Below, in pieces: positions 51,538-64,000 of a stretch of 64,000 bases of DNA. Within the stretch, counting starts at the first letter, position 1; each line of letters begins with the position of its first letter. Under the pieces are notes generated by a model that was given only the letters and a program-made list of their open reading frames with translations, ran no database searches and was not told the DNA's origin. This DNA is from Octopus vulgaris. Lineage: Eukaryota. The position numbers and the translations under genes were made by a program. Location of the stretch: assembly GCA_951406725.2 (NCBI GenBank), contig OX597820.1:26970001-27034000 (forward strand), in the 5' to 3' direction.

Positions 51538-53358
51538 CTCTTTTCTCCAAGACAACCCCTTTCACTGTGATGTAATGGAAGAATATAATCGTGAAGTGTC
51601 TGGCAGGGTATGGCATATGATGGGAACTAATGTAAGTACGGATGGATATATTAGTGATATTTATCAGTCTTCAAATGCCAAAATGAAAAGCTAAATATAT
51701 GAGAGAAAATCCAGAAATGTATTAAGTCCGTGCTATGACTGCTCTACTCATTTCCATTGCACTGACATTCAATCAACAATAATTGGCATAATTATCTCTT
51801 AAATAATGAGGATACTAATCTCTAATATTATAGGCATGAATTCTTTGGTTGGCTAATTCCATTGAGTGAAACTAAAGCGTATGTCATTTCGACATCTTCA
51901 TGAAGCAGGCATCTATATTTCATATATATTCTCCTCTTACACGAATAACTAATCTAGACCTAAAATGGCTACACACAACCCACACCACCCCTCTCTCTTT
52001 CATGCACACACACACACATACACTCCAAGGAACTGTTATCCAATTCCGGAAAAGAAATAAAAAATAAACAAATACAAAAGAAACCACCGCAATATATTTT
52101 CTCTTTCTACACTCACACTATAAATAACTAACAAAATACTTGAATGATGTGAAAATACACGAAGCAGCTCTTTAGTTTATTTAGTATTCCTTCGCCATTT
52201 TCTTTTATTTCTTAGCATATTTATTGTATATATGCTCAACAAATAACGTTCGTGCATTTTTAACAAGTAGTTCGACATAAATCTAAGAGGAAAAAGCCCA
52301 TTTCACTATATTTACTTGAAGACATTGTATGAATTCTTAGGTGAAAGAACTGCCTTAGCTTGGTAATTTTACTTCATTGCTAGTTTTTTCTACAATAATT
52401 TTTGTTTCTGCTTATGTTTAAAATCGTATCACCTGTTATTTGGAATTCATTTCTGCAAGACTTAAGGAAGCTTTCATGGGTAACAGAAAATTAAGGGCAA
52501 TTTATTTTTTCGTGCACTCTTCTTATTCCATATTACTTCAACACAGATTCTTGTGTGAATATTCTTGGACTGTTTTTACATATTTTAACCAAAATAATTC
52601 TCTTAGAGACTAGAGTTTCCAATTACTTCATAACGTGACTTTAGACAAAAATGGAGATATTGAACAAATAAGATGCTATTTTAAAACATAAATTTATGAA
52701 ATGTTTAGTAAATATTCAATGTAAGTGCATTATGTATGTATGTATGTATGTATGTATATATGTATGTATGTATGTATGGATGTATGTATGTATGTATGTA
52801 TGTATGTATCTATCTATCTATGTTGTATGTGAGCATCTCTGTCTCCCTCACCCACTCTCGCTCTCTCTCTGTATGTGTAAAACATGCAATAAGGAACGCA
52901 AATTTAGATTTCAGTGCTAGGACGATTAGAAACTATTTTGCAGTGAGTGAAAAAAAGAAAGAGAAAAATACGAAAAATAGATGGAAATTTAAAAATTCAC
53001 ATTTTTTTACAATGACATTCGCGAACTTTCTAGCTATATAAGAATAAAACAGCTTCATTCTGGCATTGAACCCCACTATATATATTGCAGTCACCAGGGT
53101 TCTAATTCTTTCTCTTATATGTAATACATTGTTAAAAATATGACATATTTTCATTCGTCACAAATTCCATAACTTTTAAAGGAGAAGAGAATACTTGCTA
53201 TGGCATTCAGGCTTATGTGGTTCGGACATTTATTTCTCAACTACGTCATGTTTAGTTCGATTTCAATTTGCGGAAGCTTTCGGTAAGTTTCTTATAGTGT
53301 AATGCGGGTTGCCGAATACCTTGTAAGAGAAATTTACCGGAAGATATGAAGACACGTG

Positions 53359-53404
<46 letters not shown>

Positions 53405-53760
53405 ACACACACACACACACACACACACGCATACACACATACACACACGTGTAGAATAGAATGCAAGCATGGAAAACTCACATCTAGTTCTCTCTCAGAG
53501 TTCCTCGGCAGCATCGCATTTGAGCTTATCCACTGCCGCTGCGAAACTCCGAGTATTAGACGTAAATATATTCTTTATTAAATGTAATCCCCCATTTCAA
53601 CAATACTAACGTATAAATTTTTGTTTTTACACACGCCGTTTGTTGGTGCGTGTGCCTGCGCATGTGTATATGTGTGTGCATGTCCATGAACGTGGAGAGA
53701 ATGGCAACTCTCATGACCTTTGTAAACGCTCCGAAGCCGGTAAACCTGGAGCTGTTAGTA

Positions 53761-54159
53761 TTCTTTTCTACTCTAGGCACAAGGCCCGAAATTTTTGGGA
53801 AGGGGGCCAATCGATTAGATCGACCCTAGTACGCAACTGGTCCTTAATTTAACGACCTCGAGAGGATGAAAGGCAAAGTCGGTCGCGGCGAAATTTGAAC
53901 TCAGAACGTAGCGGCAGACGAAATACCTATTTCTTTACTACCTACAAGGGGCTAAACACAGAGGGGACAAATAAGGACAGACAAACGGATTAAGTCGATT
54001 ATATCGACCCCAGTGCGTAACTAGTACTTATCTAATCGACCCCAAAAGGATGAAAGGCAAAGTCGACTTCGGCGGAATTTGAACTCAGAACGTAGAGGCA
54101 GACGAAATACCGCTAAGCATTTTGCTCGGCGTGCTAACGTTTCTGCCAGCTCATCACCA
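53761..54159 (-). mobile_element. SINE family C, two internal units
   Basis: Reverse copy with TSD TGGAGCT(G/A)TTAGT at 53747 and 54161. Confidence 0.9.
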
Positions 54160-54423
54160 TTGGAGCTATTAGTTTTACTGGTAAACTGTTGCAGATTAAC
54201 ACTCACAGGAAATATATGAACTGGAAAAAATTTCTAGAGGTTCCAAGTTCTGAGGAGGAAAGACTAGGATTTTTAACCAACAAGGATAAGGAGAGCTGAA
54301 AAGTTGGCTAGAGTGCAGATACCTAAGTGGGAAGTGTACGACTATGATGTGTTTTGGAATTTATGTGGCACACCAAGTCATGTCCTTTTAAGGTAAAACT
54401 TAACAAGTCGATAAACAGATAAA

Positions 54424-54871
54424 CAGGCGCAGGAGTGGCTGTGTAGTAAGTAGGCGCAAGAGTGGCTGTGTGGTAAGTAGCTTGTTTACCAACCACATGG
54501 TTGCGGGTTCAGTCCCACGGCGTGCCACCTTGGGCAAGTGTCTTCTACTATAGCCTCGGGCCGACCAAAGCCTTGTGAGTGGATTTGGTAGACGGAAACT
54601 GAAAAGAAGCCCGTCGTATATATATATATATAGATATGTACGTATGTGTATATGTTTCTGTGTCTGTGTTTGTTCCCCCAACATCGCTTGACAACCGATG
54701 CTGGTGTGCTTACGTACCCGTAACTTAGCGGTTCGGCAAAAGAGACCGATAGAATAAATACTAGGCTTCCAAAGAATAAGTCCTGGGGTCGATTTGCTCG
54801 ACTAAAAGGCGGTGCTCCAGCATGGCCGCAGTCAAATGAATGAAACAAGTAAAAGAGTAAAAGAGTAAAGA
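54424..54871 (+). mobile_element. SINE family A with a duplicated 27 bp 5' end
   Basis: AGGCGCA(G/A)GAGTGGCTGTGT(A/G)GTAAGT occurs twice, followed by the full body and tail. Confidence 0.92.
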
Positions 54872-55506
54872 GAGAGATAATTATTAGAAACTCTGTGATT
54901 GAATATAGCCTTTGAAGACATTACTCCAGTATTGCTGGAGTTCAATGAAAGAAACTAGTGAAAGAATAAAAGAAGTAGTATTTTCCTCAATAATATTAGT
55001 TATTTACCTAAAATACACTGAAATGTAAAATCAAAAATAGATGGTTACTTTGTCTTATCAGTTATTTATCCGTAACTGCACAACACACGCCATTTTAAAA
55101 ACCAAGATGTTATAAATTTGAATTGGTACGTAGTGCATGGCTTTACAATTTCATAGTAGATCTAATGAAGTAATGTGACTCTGTGGATATCAAATGTATA
55201 AAAGTGAAATGAAATTACTCCAAATAGGAATTGAAATTCTCTTGCAGAAGCCCGACTTGTAACGATAGTAATGCCATTTCGTTAAATTGCTTCTCGTACT
55301 CTTATTTCTATGGAATATCCATTTACAATATTCGATACTGACCTAGCAGTATCAGCTAATTACCTGCATGATATCAGACAACCTAATGGATATATATATA
55401 TATCTATATATATATATACGCATATGAATGTATGTAAATGTGTATAAAAATATATATACATATATCTGTATATGTATCTATATATGTATGTATTTATGTG
55501 TGTGTA

Positions 55507-55548
<42 letters not shown>

Positions 55549-55551
55549 ACT

Positions 55552-55593
<42 letters not shown>

Positions 55594-56194
55594 TACTAAC
55601 ATAAATGAAATTTACACTTTGCTAAATGTCTCAAAAACTGCTTCTCGGAGGAAATAAGGAAAGGTCACTGACCACTCACCATGTTACTTTAGAAATATCT
55701 TGATTGCAAGAAAAATGATGAATATTAATTCATACAAACATATTTGTATGTTCTGTGTATCAACATCTAAATGTTATTGATGTCTATCTAGCAAGTTACA
55801 CACAGTAGGAAACAAGCTCCACCTGATACGTTTCCGCCAAATCACTTCGTTCTTTGGTTTCTCTCTGCTCAGCTAATAGACACGGCTAATGGTCTTGAGG
55901 AAAAACACAAACCTCACAACTAAATTTACAAGTTTGTTACCTTGTTGTTTGAGTCACACATTTCATAGTCTTTTGATAATAGTCTATATATATACATTGC
56001 TTGAACTGGTTATGTATAAACATGCAAGTCTCTCCTACTTGGATTTGCTGTTATGTCATAAAAGTATTGGGGGTTTAACGACCTTTTATTAACCGAGATC
56101 TTCTTAATTAGCATGGATTTATTTCTGTGACATTAATTCTCTGTATGGACAGATGTACATTAATTCTCCCAAACAACTGCTTTTATTAATTTGT

Positions 56195-56231
<37 letters not shown>

Positions 56232-56263
56232 ATGTATACATATATATATACATACATATATTC

Positions 56264-56294
<31 letters not shown>

Positions 56295-57377
56295 TACACA
56301 CATGTATCTAAATGCATCAGTGTTTATCTATCTATCTATCTCTGTGTGTATATGTACTCACGCCCACACCACACACATAAATACACACACACACCATCAT
56401 ACATACATGCTTACATGCATACATACATACCTAACATTACAGGCAATATACATTTGTATATATATATCGCCTGCAATATAAAATACAGCGAACCGTGTCG
56501 CACAAATTATACAAGAGTAGATAATCTATTTAAATCCAATATAGTATTTTTGTTTATAATGTATATGTTGATGTACAAAACACAGCCGTTAAGGGCGCCG
56601 AAATAAATGCTTTGTGATATATCTTTCGACTCTCCATTTTGAATATCAATTATGCCAAGGTTAGCTTCGTCTCTTATTCCTGTGTCGGCAAAAATAAAAT
56701 ACCAGTCCAGTATTGGTATTAATGATATCAACTAACTTCCTATTCCTCAAAATCGCTATCCTTGTGGCTAAATCAGAAGCCAATATTTAGATTTATATAA
56801 AACAATCGATATATAATAAAAAATAATCTATTAAAATCATAGAGTTTTGATACATTTTCAATTTACTAAATAGAAGAGCGCAGGAAAGAAAAAAAACCTT
56901 TACGCCTTGTTACTGTATATTATACTCATTTCTATTTACGGTATATAATATTTGAGAGAGGGTTAAGATAGTTTATGAAATAGAAGCGTTCGAAAAGTTT
57001 GTTTCCATTTCAATCTGAAAACTGACTAGTGTATTGGGATGTGCTTTATTGTGATTAAAATATCAGACACAGAGATTTAGATTCACAGACTTGCAACTGT
57101 TGCAATATTGACTGGAAGAATTGTTTTCCGAATACAATCAGGCCATTGATCTTTACTACGGTTTATTTTTCTGTGAATTTATTTAGTTGATTTAACTATT
57201 TAACCGCCTGTTTGTCTACATATCCATCAGATATATTGGTATCATTTCTATCTTATACCTTTAAGAAGTAATACTGTATATTATACAGAATATTCGTAAG
57301 TTTGTAGTAATTAGCCGAAGATGCTGCACAGGCTGCAGGTAAGACAATAGGAAGCATGGATGGATGGATGGATCTTG

Positions 57378-58190
57378 AGATCCATCCATCCATCCATCCA
57401 TCCATCCATCCATCCATCTATCTATATATCTATCTATCTATCTATCTATCTATCCATCCATCCATCCATCCATCAATCTATCCATCCATCCATCCATTCA
57501 TCAATCTATCCATCCATCCATCCATTTCTATGCTCATTATTAATGGAAGAGTCGTTGGTGTAGAGTCCTCAGGCACATCCACCGAAGGGTCCTATCAGAA
57601 GAAACCATCATTACTCCTTCCGGTTGGATCCCTAAGCGTGACCGACTGAGACAATATCGTCCAGCCGTCTCGTTCTTGGTTAATTCCTTCGTCTCATGTC
57701 AGTTTGCTTGACTTGAAGAATCTGCCTTGCGATTTTTTACTGCAACATTCTAATCACATGTCTACAGTACCAGAAAAATGCGACCTCCAAATGCTAGGTA
57801 GTGGCTCCGTCTGGAGATACTCCAATATCTCCAAGTTATGCACCCTGTCGAGTAATTTTACTCCAGAGATCTTTCGGAGGAACCCCACTTCGGCTGCTTG
57901 GTAATGGTCATTACCCAACATTCATGACCATAGGTGAGAATAGAATTTTGAAGCTAGTGCATTATTGTGTTAGCACCTGCAATTCTAGCATCCACCTCAG
58001 CCTCCTGCTTTTCATCACTCGTGAATATTTCATCGAAATACTTAAAGTTCTCTTAGTAATGTTCTACTAAGTAATGGTCTACTCACATGAAGAGTGTTAG
58101 TAATGGTCTACTAACATGCAGAGTGCATTCGAAACACTTTCCTAAGAAGACCGATGTCTCAGTATTCACAACACTAAATCTCATCACTTC
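57378..58190 (-). mobile_element. 5'-truncated RTE-clade (Rex3/Expander-like) LINE with a (GATG)n/(GATA)n tail
   Basis: Minus frames read MRFSVVNTETSVFLGK, ENFKYFDEIFTSDEKQEAEVDARIAGA, LTYGHECWVMT and QAAEVGFLRKISGVKLLDRV. The (TCCA)n at 57378-57525 is the 3' tail. Confidence 0.88.
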
Positions 58191-58679
58191 CTTACTATCA
58201 AAATTCTTAATAGTTTCTTACATTCTATGGCTCACTTCACTTACACTCCTATCTTAAACATAATGGGTGTGTGAAATAGGCCATTCAATCTTACCTCTAA
58301 CACTTGGCCTCGATCTCATAAAATATTAAGATATTATTTCCTTACCACGTCTCTTGTGATTTTTACCACGAAAGAGATTTGTGAGTAAGTCTCACTTTCT
58401 GATTGATAGAGGTGTTTTTCGAATTGAATGAATAAATATTTTATGTATTCTTGAAGTATTTAGTTGTTTTACAATAGGAATGAATTCAATTTGCAACCAA
58501 TTACACCGACGTGTAGTCTTTATAACCTTTGGTGTTTAGTAGTCTGTTATTGCTGCTGTTGTTTCAATAATTTAGTAGACTAAGCTTATAGATAACATCT
58601 ACGAACGATTTTCTCATTGACGTTGTGTGTCAGATGCCCCACATTGCATGTTTTATCAGATTCAATGATTTTATTTTAT

Positions 58680-59330
58680 AGGGAGATTAGATAGCGTGTT
58701 GGTATTGTCGTTAAAATATCAGGAAAATGCTTTGTGTTTCTTCTGCCTCTTTATGTGCTGAGTTCAAATTCTGCCTAGGTCAGCATTGCTTTTCATCCTT
58801 TCAGGATCGATGAAGTAAGGTTAAACATTAGGGTGGATGGTTTCGACCCAATGCTACTTTGAAAATTCCTGGCCTTGTGTTTAAATCAAAGACCATAAAA
58901 AGTGGCGAGCTAGAAGAACTATTAAAGCGTTGAGAAAGTGCTTTGCAATGTTTATCGCAGCTCTTTAAGTTCTGAGTTCAAATGTTGCTCGGATCAACTT
59001 TGCTTTTTATCCCCCCGGAATCGTTAAAATAAATTACTAGTCAAGCAATAGGGTCGATAGAATCGATTAAATCCTCCCCTAAATATTGCTGGTCTTGTTT
59101 CTAAATCAGAAACCATTATTTTATAAGGAGATTCAGGCAGCGAGCTGGCAGAATCGTTAGAGCGTATAATATAATATTTAGCAGCATTTACTCTAACTCT
59201 TTATATTATGAGCTCGAATCCGACCAAAGTCAACTTTGCCTTTCATCCTCTCGGAGTCGATGAAATGAAATATCGGTAAAACAACCGGTGTCGATGTAAT
59301 CAATTAAGCCCTTCCCCTCAAAATTGAAGG
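58680..59330 (+). mobile_element. three head-to-tail diverged family C SINE monomers
   Basis: GAG(T/C)TC(A/G)AAT..TCA(A/G)C.TTGC(C/T)TTT(C/T)ATCC at about 58760, 58975 and 59210. Confidence 0.75.
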
Positions 59331-59331
59331 C

Positions 59332-59568
59332 CTATCAATATCTATAAAGCTGAAATGCGAAAAAGGTGTTTGATTTCTTGGTTATTTGTCTCATTTTGGG
59401 ATGGAAACGGTTTAAGGGGCGGTAGATGGGGTCGGATTGACGCCAAAATTTACAATGGGGGTAAAATGGGGTGGGTAATGGTGTGAGGAGGGTTGCAAGT
59501 CGCTCGGGGCTACTGTTTGGTTGCCATCACCACCAAAACCCGAGCGAAGCACTGGTCAAAATAGCTAG
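59332..59568 (+). mobile_element. non-autonomous Helitron-like element
   Basis: Starts CTATCAATATCTATAAAG and ends ACCCGAGCGAAGCACTGGT..GCTAG|T (degenerate hairpin plus CTAG). Confidence 0.55.
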
Positions 59569-60039
59569 TCATTTTATAACGAGAAATCGGGTTATAAGTT
59601 TTAGGAAGCGGTAGGGCACTGGATTATACGCGTTGTATTGCATCCATTTATATTTTGAGTTTAAAATTTCACCGAAATTAACTTTGCCTTTCGCCTTTTT
59701 GGGGCCCATAAAAATAAAAAAAATTTGAAACTCTTGGAGTCGATATGAATAATTGCAAAGCTCTCCTTAAAATATCTGTGCCTTTGTATCTTCAGTGGAA
59801 ACTTTTATTTTATAAGCATAGGGGAGTAAGCAGAGAGGATAAATCAGACAACACAAACGCTTGCAGCATTTAGGAAAAACATTTTCAGTTTCGATCTTTC
59901 CTAGATCGACTTTAACTTTTATGATTCTGTAGCCAATAAAATAAGTACCAGTAATATATTGGTCTTCGATATAATTGACCGCACACAGCCTCCAGACTGT
60001 CAATGTTAAAATTTACATTATCAATATATAGTATATACC

Positions 60040-60408
60040 AAGGTGATGTGGCAGAATCGTTAGAGCGTTGTTGAACAAAATGTCTTGTAATATTGCTTAG
60101 ATACTCAACCGAGGTCAACTTTGCATTTCATTCTTTCGTGGACGATAAATCAAAGTACCAGTTAAGTACCGAAGTCAGCATAATCGACTATTTCCCTGTC
60201 CCCCTCAAAATCGTCGTCTTTTTTGCCTATATTGGTTACGAATTTTGGCACAAGGTCCTACTGCTCAACTCGTAATTATTTTACCGACCCCGAAAGGAAG
60301 GAAGGCAAAGTCGAACTCAGCGGCATTTGAACTCAAAACGTAAAAACGGACGAAATGCCGCTAAGCATTTTACCTGGCGTGCTAACATTTCTGCCAGTTC
60401 GCCGCCTT
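60040..60408. mobile_element. tail-to-tail pair of family C SINEs (+ 60040-60230, - 60240-60408)
   Basis: Forward TGGCAGAATCGTTAG head and reverse TTCTGCCAGTTCGCCGCCT head. Confidence 0.75.
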
Positions 60409-60454
60409 CTTTTTATTAAAGACAATATGCAATATAAAATAATGCAGAATGCAT

Positions 60455-61190
60455 CTTTTATCTTTTACTTGTTTCAATCAATGGACTGTGGCCATGCCGG
60501 GGCACCGACTTGAAAGGGTTTAATCGAATAAGTTAACCCCAGTACTTATTTTTTAAGCCTGGTACATATTCCCTTGTCATCTTTCGCTGAACTGCTAGGT
60601 TATAAGGACGTTAACGAACCAACAACGATTGTCAAGCGGCTGGAGGCGGGACAGACACAAAGACATACACACATACACACATACATGCATACATACATAT
60701 ATACATACATACATACATACATACATGCATACTCATACCCGACCACCCAGGACACACACACATGCACACATATGCACACACAAACATACAGGTTTCCACA
60801 CATTCACTTACATGACACTATAAAATATGTTCCTTCTCGAGCCATGCCAGGCCCATAAGGGGCGGTTTCCCGGTTTCAGTGGCGTAGAAATTCCCCACCT
60901 GGACGGGACGCCGGTCCGTCGCAGGATTATTCATTTTTGCCAGCTGAGTGGACTGGAGCAACGTCAAATGAAGTGTTTTGCTCAAGAACACAACGCATCG
61001 CCCAGTCCAGGAATCGAAACCACAACCTTACGTTCATGAGTTCAACACACTAACCACTAAGCTACGCGACTCCACTTACATGGCACTGGTCGGCCTGGGG
61101 CTGTAATATAAGGCGGAAAGTGCCTCCAAGCGGGACTGTACCGGAAAATACATGGCTGCAAAGCGAGCTTCTTAACCGCATAACTACACT
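60455..61190 (-). mobile_element. diverged SINE family A hosting a nested SINE
   Basis: Tail at 60455. The head resumes at 61075-61190. Confidence 0.7.
60826..61075 (-). mobile_element. chimeric SINE: family D-like head and core with tail type 2
   Basis: Minus strand has TTGTGTTCTTGAGCAAAACACTTC (as in 46370) and then the tail shared with 28037/31944. TSD CACTTACATG(A/G)CACT. Confidence 0.8.
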
Positions 61191-62267
61191 TTACGTAAAG
61201 CTGGAAACAAATGGAGCGTATTAATTATTTTAGAAATAAAAAAAAAACCGTAGCTTTATATTCATGTCTTTCTCATACATCTGTCTCAGCCTTTTCCATC
61301 GTTGTAAAGAAAAACAAGAACAAAAATTTGTAGGAATTTAATTCACAGTAGTAAAGTTACACATTATATACAGTAATGCCACTTGACAGCTTCTAATTTA
61401 TTTGGAGAGAAATTTCATCCAGGAAGTCAGATGAGTAAGATTTTACATAAAATCCACTTTTAATAGTAGTAAGCAATCCTATTTTATTTGCTGCAGTTAA
61501 TAATAAATGAATGGTGTATTAAGATTAGCAAAAGACAAATAGTTTTGAAAATCTCATTTCTTTATGTTTGTACGAATGTTGCTGAAACTGGAATAGGAAA
61601 TAAGGTGTAGATAAGCATGGATCAGAAGAGATTAAGCCGAGGTTATTACAGGCAGAATAATCTTCACATCGGAATATTTTTTGACATAGAACGTTAAAAT
61701 TTATGTATTGTAGGATCGACCTTCATAACCAGGAGAATGAGGCATCTGTAATCTTTGAGTGATCATGAATCTATGCATGGAAGGACTTGTTTTCGTTTCG
61801 TTTGCATAGTAGCGGTTGCTGTGATTACAGAGACCCACGAATAATCTTGAAGGTGCTGTCTGCCAGGCTTGTCGAATTTGCATTCTAGCGAAGTACAGCC
61901 TCTCCTCTCGTCCTTTTAAGATTTTGTCTCGTACAGGGATTGAAATTCATATTGATTACTCTAGCTCATTGACTTTCGACCAATAGTTATCATCTTGTAA
62001 CACGCGAGAACCATCTACGCGATCATTTTCTTACTAGAAACAGCAGACACATTTCCCTCAAAGTGCACCTTGCTATCTTATGTAAGTACAAACATATTAG
62101 ATAAGCCAAGGTGTCATTAATTAAACGGAGTGATCATGGCTGGAATAGGTTTGATCATATGTTTTCTTATTCAGAGTTGACCTGGGGTTAAACGACAACA
62201 ATGTGTCGCCTTATGATCTACCCATGTGTTATTCTCACAATTCCACCCCTCCTCTCGCACGCACACA

Positions 62268-62329
<62 letters not shown>

Positions 62330-62455
62330 CACACACATACACAACTTGTAAACTGTATAATCGGCGCCTTCAGAAAACGTAATTCTCTGGAAAAGGTTGC
62401 TGCCCCAAAATTTCAGACACTTACTCGTCCTGACAGAAAAATGAAAATCAATATC

Positions 62456-62790
62456 CAGCTCGTCGTCGATTTACGACCTATCCTACTTACAACATATCCG
62501 ACTTACGACCGACCGACTTCAGAACGATTGGAGCGCCAGCTCCCGGCAGCAATAATATATAGTTCAGTTGATTAACCCGTCTACGGATGACACGCTTACC
62601 CTAGGTTTGGTTTTCGATCGCCACTGTGATTATCCCAAGTGTTGAATAAATATCCTGTCGCGGAGACATCGAAGCAACCTCATATTTGGCTACTAAACGA
62701 CTGCTTGAGACTCCGAACAAATGACACGACCATATCGACTTACGACCAATGAATCGGAACCAGTTGTTGTCGTAAGTCGACGACGACCTG
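62456..62790. mobile_element. Tigger/pogo-like MITE
   Basis: TIRs CAGCTCGTCGTCGATTTACGAC and GTCGTAAGTCGACGACGACCTG, followed by TA. Internal GACTTACGAC subterminal repeats. Confidence 0.8.
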
Positions 62791-63395
62791 TATTTCACAC
62801 TTGAGCTCTTTACACATACGAAATATCAACGTTATTCATTAATAGTTTTCTCCCAGAAATTTTGTATGAAGTATTCTTGTTAGGATAAACGAAACGAACA
62901 GATGCAAACGTAATAATAGAACTGCGGTATGATGCGATAGGAAAACTCCTAGATTGGTATTTGTGTATGTTAATTATAGAGCCGCCGCGAACCAATTTTA
63001 CAGTGTGTTGACATTCAAATCTAATAGAATATAGACTGTACTACATAATTAAACATACACTGATCTAATGAGCGCTATACGCTTCCCGACATAATTCAAA
63101 TTAGCTTTAATTTAGAACCATAAACAACCAGATCTCTATAACAATATTTCTTCGCCTTGAGTTGCATTCATGTGCGATTACTTAGCCGACTTCTTAGAAG
63201 AGAAATAGCTTGCTTTATAAGAACGTTGAAATACAAAGAGACAGGAAAAAAGAGAGATAAGAAAAGTAAAAAAAGACAAGGTAAAGAAAATGGTGGTGAG
63301 GATAATGCAGCGGAAGATGGAAGGGGAGGAGGCGATGGGGCTCACATTCCAGAGCAAGTGGAGTGCAGAAACGCGCCCCGAGTTTCAAATTTTCC

Positions 63396-63585
63396 AATGG
63401 TTCCAAATTTTGGCACAAGGCCAGCAATGTCAGGAGAGAGGTTAGTAATAATAATGGTTCCAAATTTTGGCACAAAGCCAGCAATTTCAGGAGAGGGGGT
63501 AGTAATAATTATAATGGATACAAATTTTAGCACAAGGCCAGCAATTTCAGGAGAGGGGGTAGTAATAATGATAATGGTTCCAAAT
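63396..63585. repeat. 57-60 bp tandem repeat (3.2 copies) derived from a family C SINE tail
   Basis: The unit AATGGTTCCAAATTTTGGCACAAGGCCAGCAATTTCAGGAGAGGGGGTAGTAAT resembles the reverse family C tail at 60240. Confidence 0.85.
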
Positions 63586-64000
63586 GATCACGATGGCGTT
63601 GCTGCGGAGACTGGACAGTGACACTCTCTGCAGCAGACACTCCACATCGCGGGGGTAATTTCTCTGACTTGCGTTATTGGTTTCATGTATTCTTACGTTT
63701 CTAACAGGTTGATTCTCTCCTGCGTGACTGAGAGGGTTTTCTCGTTTAGACTCTGCGATTGCAAATACCAAAAATACAAAGCTGACATACGCATACGATT
63801 CACAATCTTAATCTGATCCGTACGTATTACGTAACCCAGTGCTAGAACTTGTATCAAAACAAAATCACTTGTCATAACAGTGATCCAAATCAAAGTATAA
63901 ACGAAACTTTTTACATGCTTATTTTATTTTAGTCCTGTTTTTAGTTAAGACAAAGAAACAGTGTTGAGCCAATAAACAAGCAAATGGAGATGCAAACAAG

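Noticed and set aside
63157-63621. 154 aa ORF with repeated MVPNFGTRPA
   Set aside because: The repeats come from a tandemly amplified SINE tail, and the rest is low-complexity purine-rich sequence.

Overview
AT-rich, repeat-saturated eukaryotic non-coding DNA. By inference it is an octopus genome: the tRNA-derived SINE families, (TA)n/(CTAT)n/(CTA)n density and element mix resemble Octopus repeats. No intact protein-coding gene can be supported, and nearly all listed ORFs are microsatellite or SINE read-throughs. The window holds dozens of SINE copies from at least four head/tail combinations, several with 12-18 bp TSDs. It also holds decayed fragments of RTE, R4/Dong, possible Tx1 and Penelope-like (PLE) retroelements, two non-autonomous Helitrons, two Tigger/pogo-like MITEs and several long palindromes. 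The most notable signal is a set of at least seven minimal hammerhead-ribozyme (HHR) motifs. Most lie in roughly 100-400 bp elements wedged into (TA)n tracts, and two lie at the apex of long near-perfect inverted repeats. PLE GIY-YIG and RT remnants occur in the same window. This points to a microsatellite-targeted, ribozyme-carrying PLE-derived or retrozyme-like system, alongside a (TAA)n-targeting Dong element. All calls were made by eye, and coordinates of diverged repeats are approximate.
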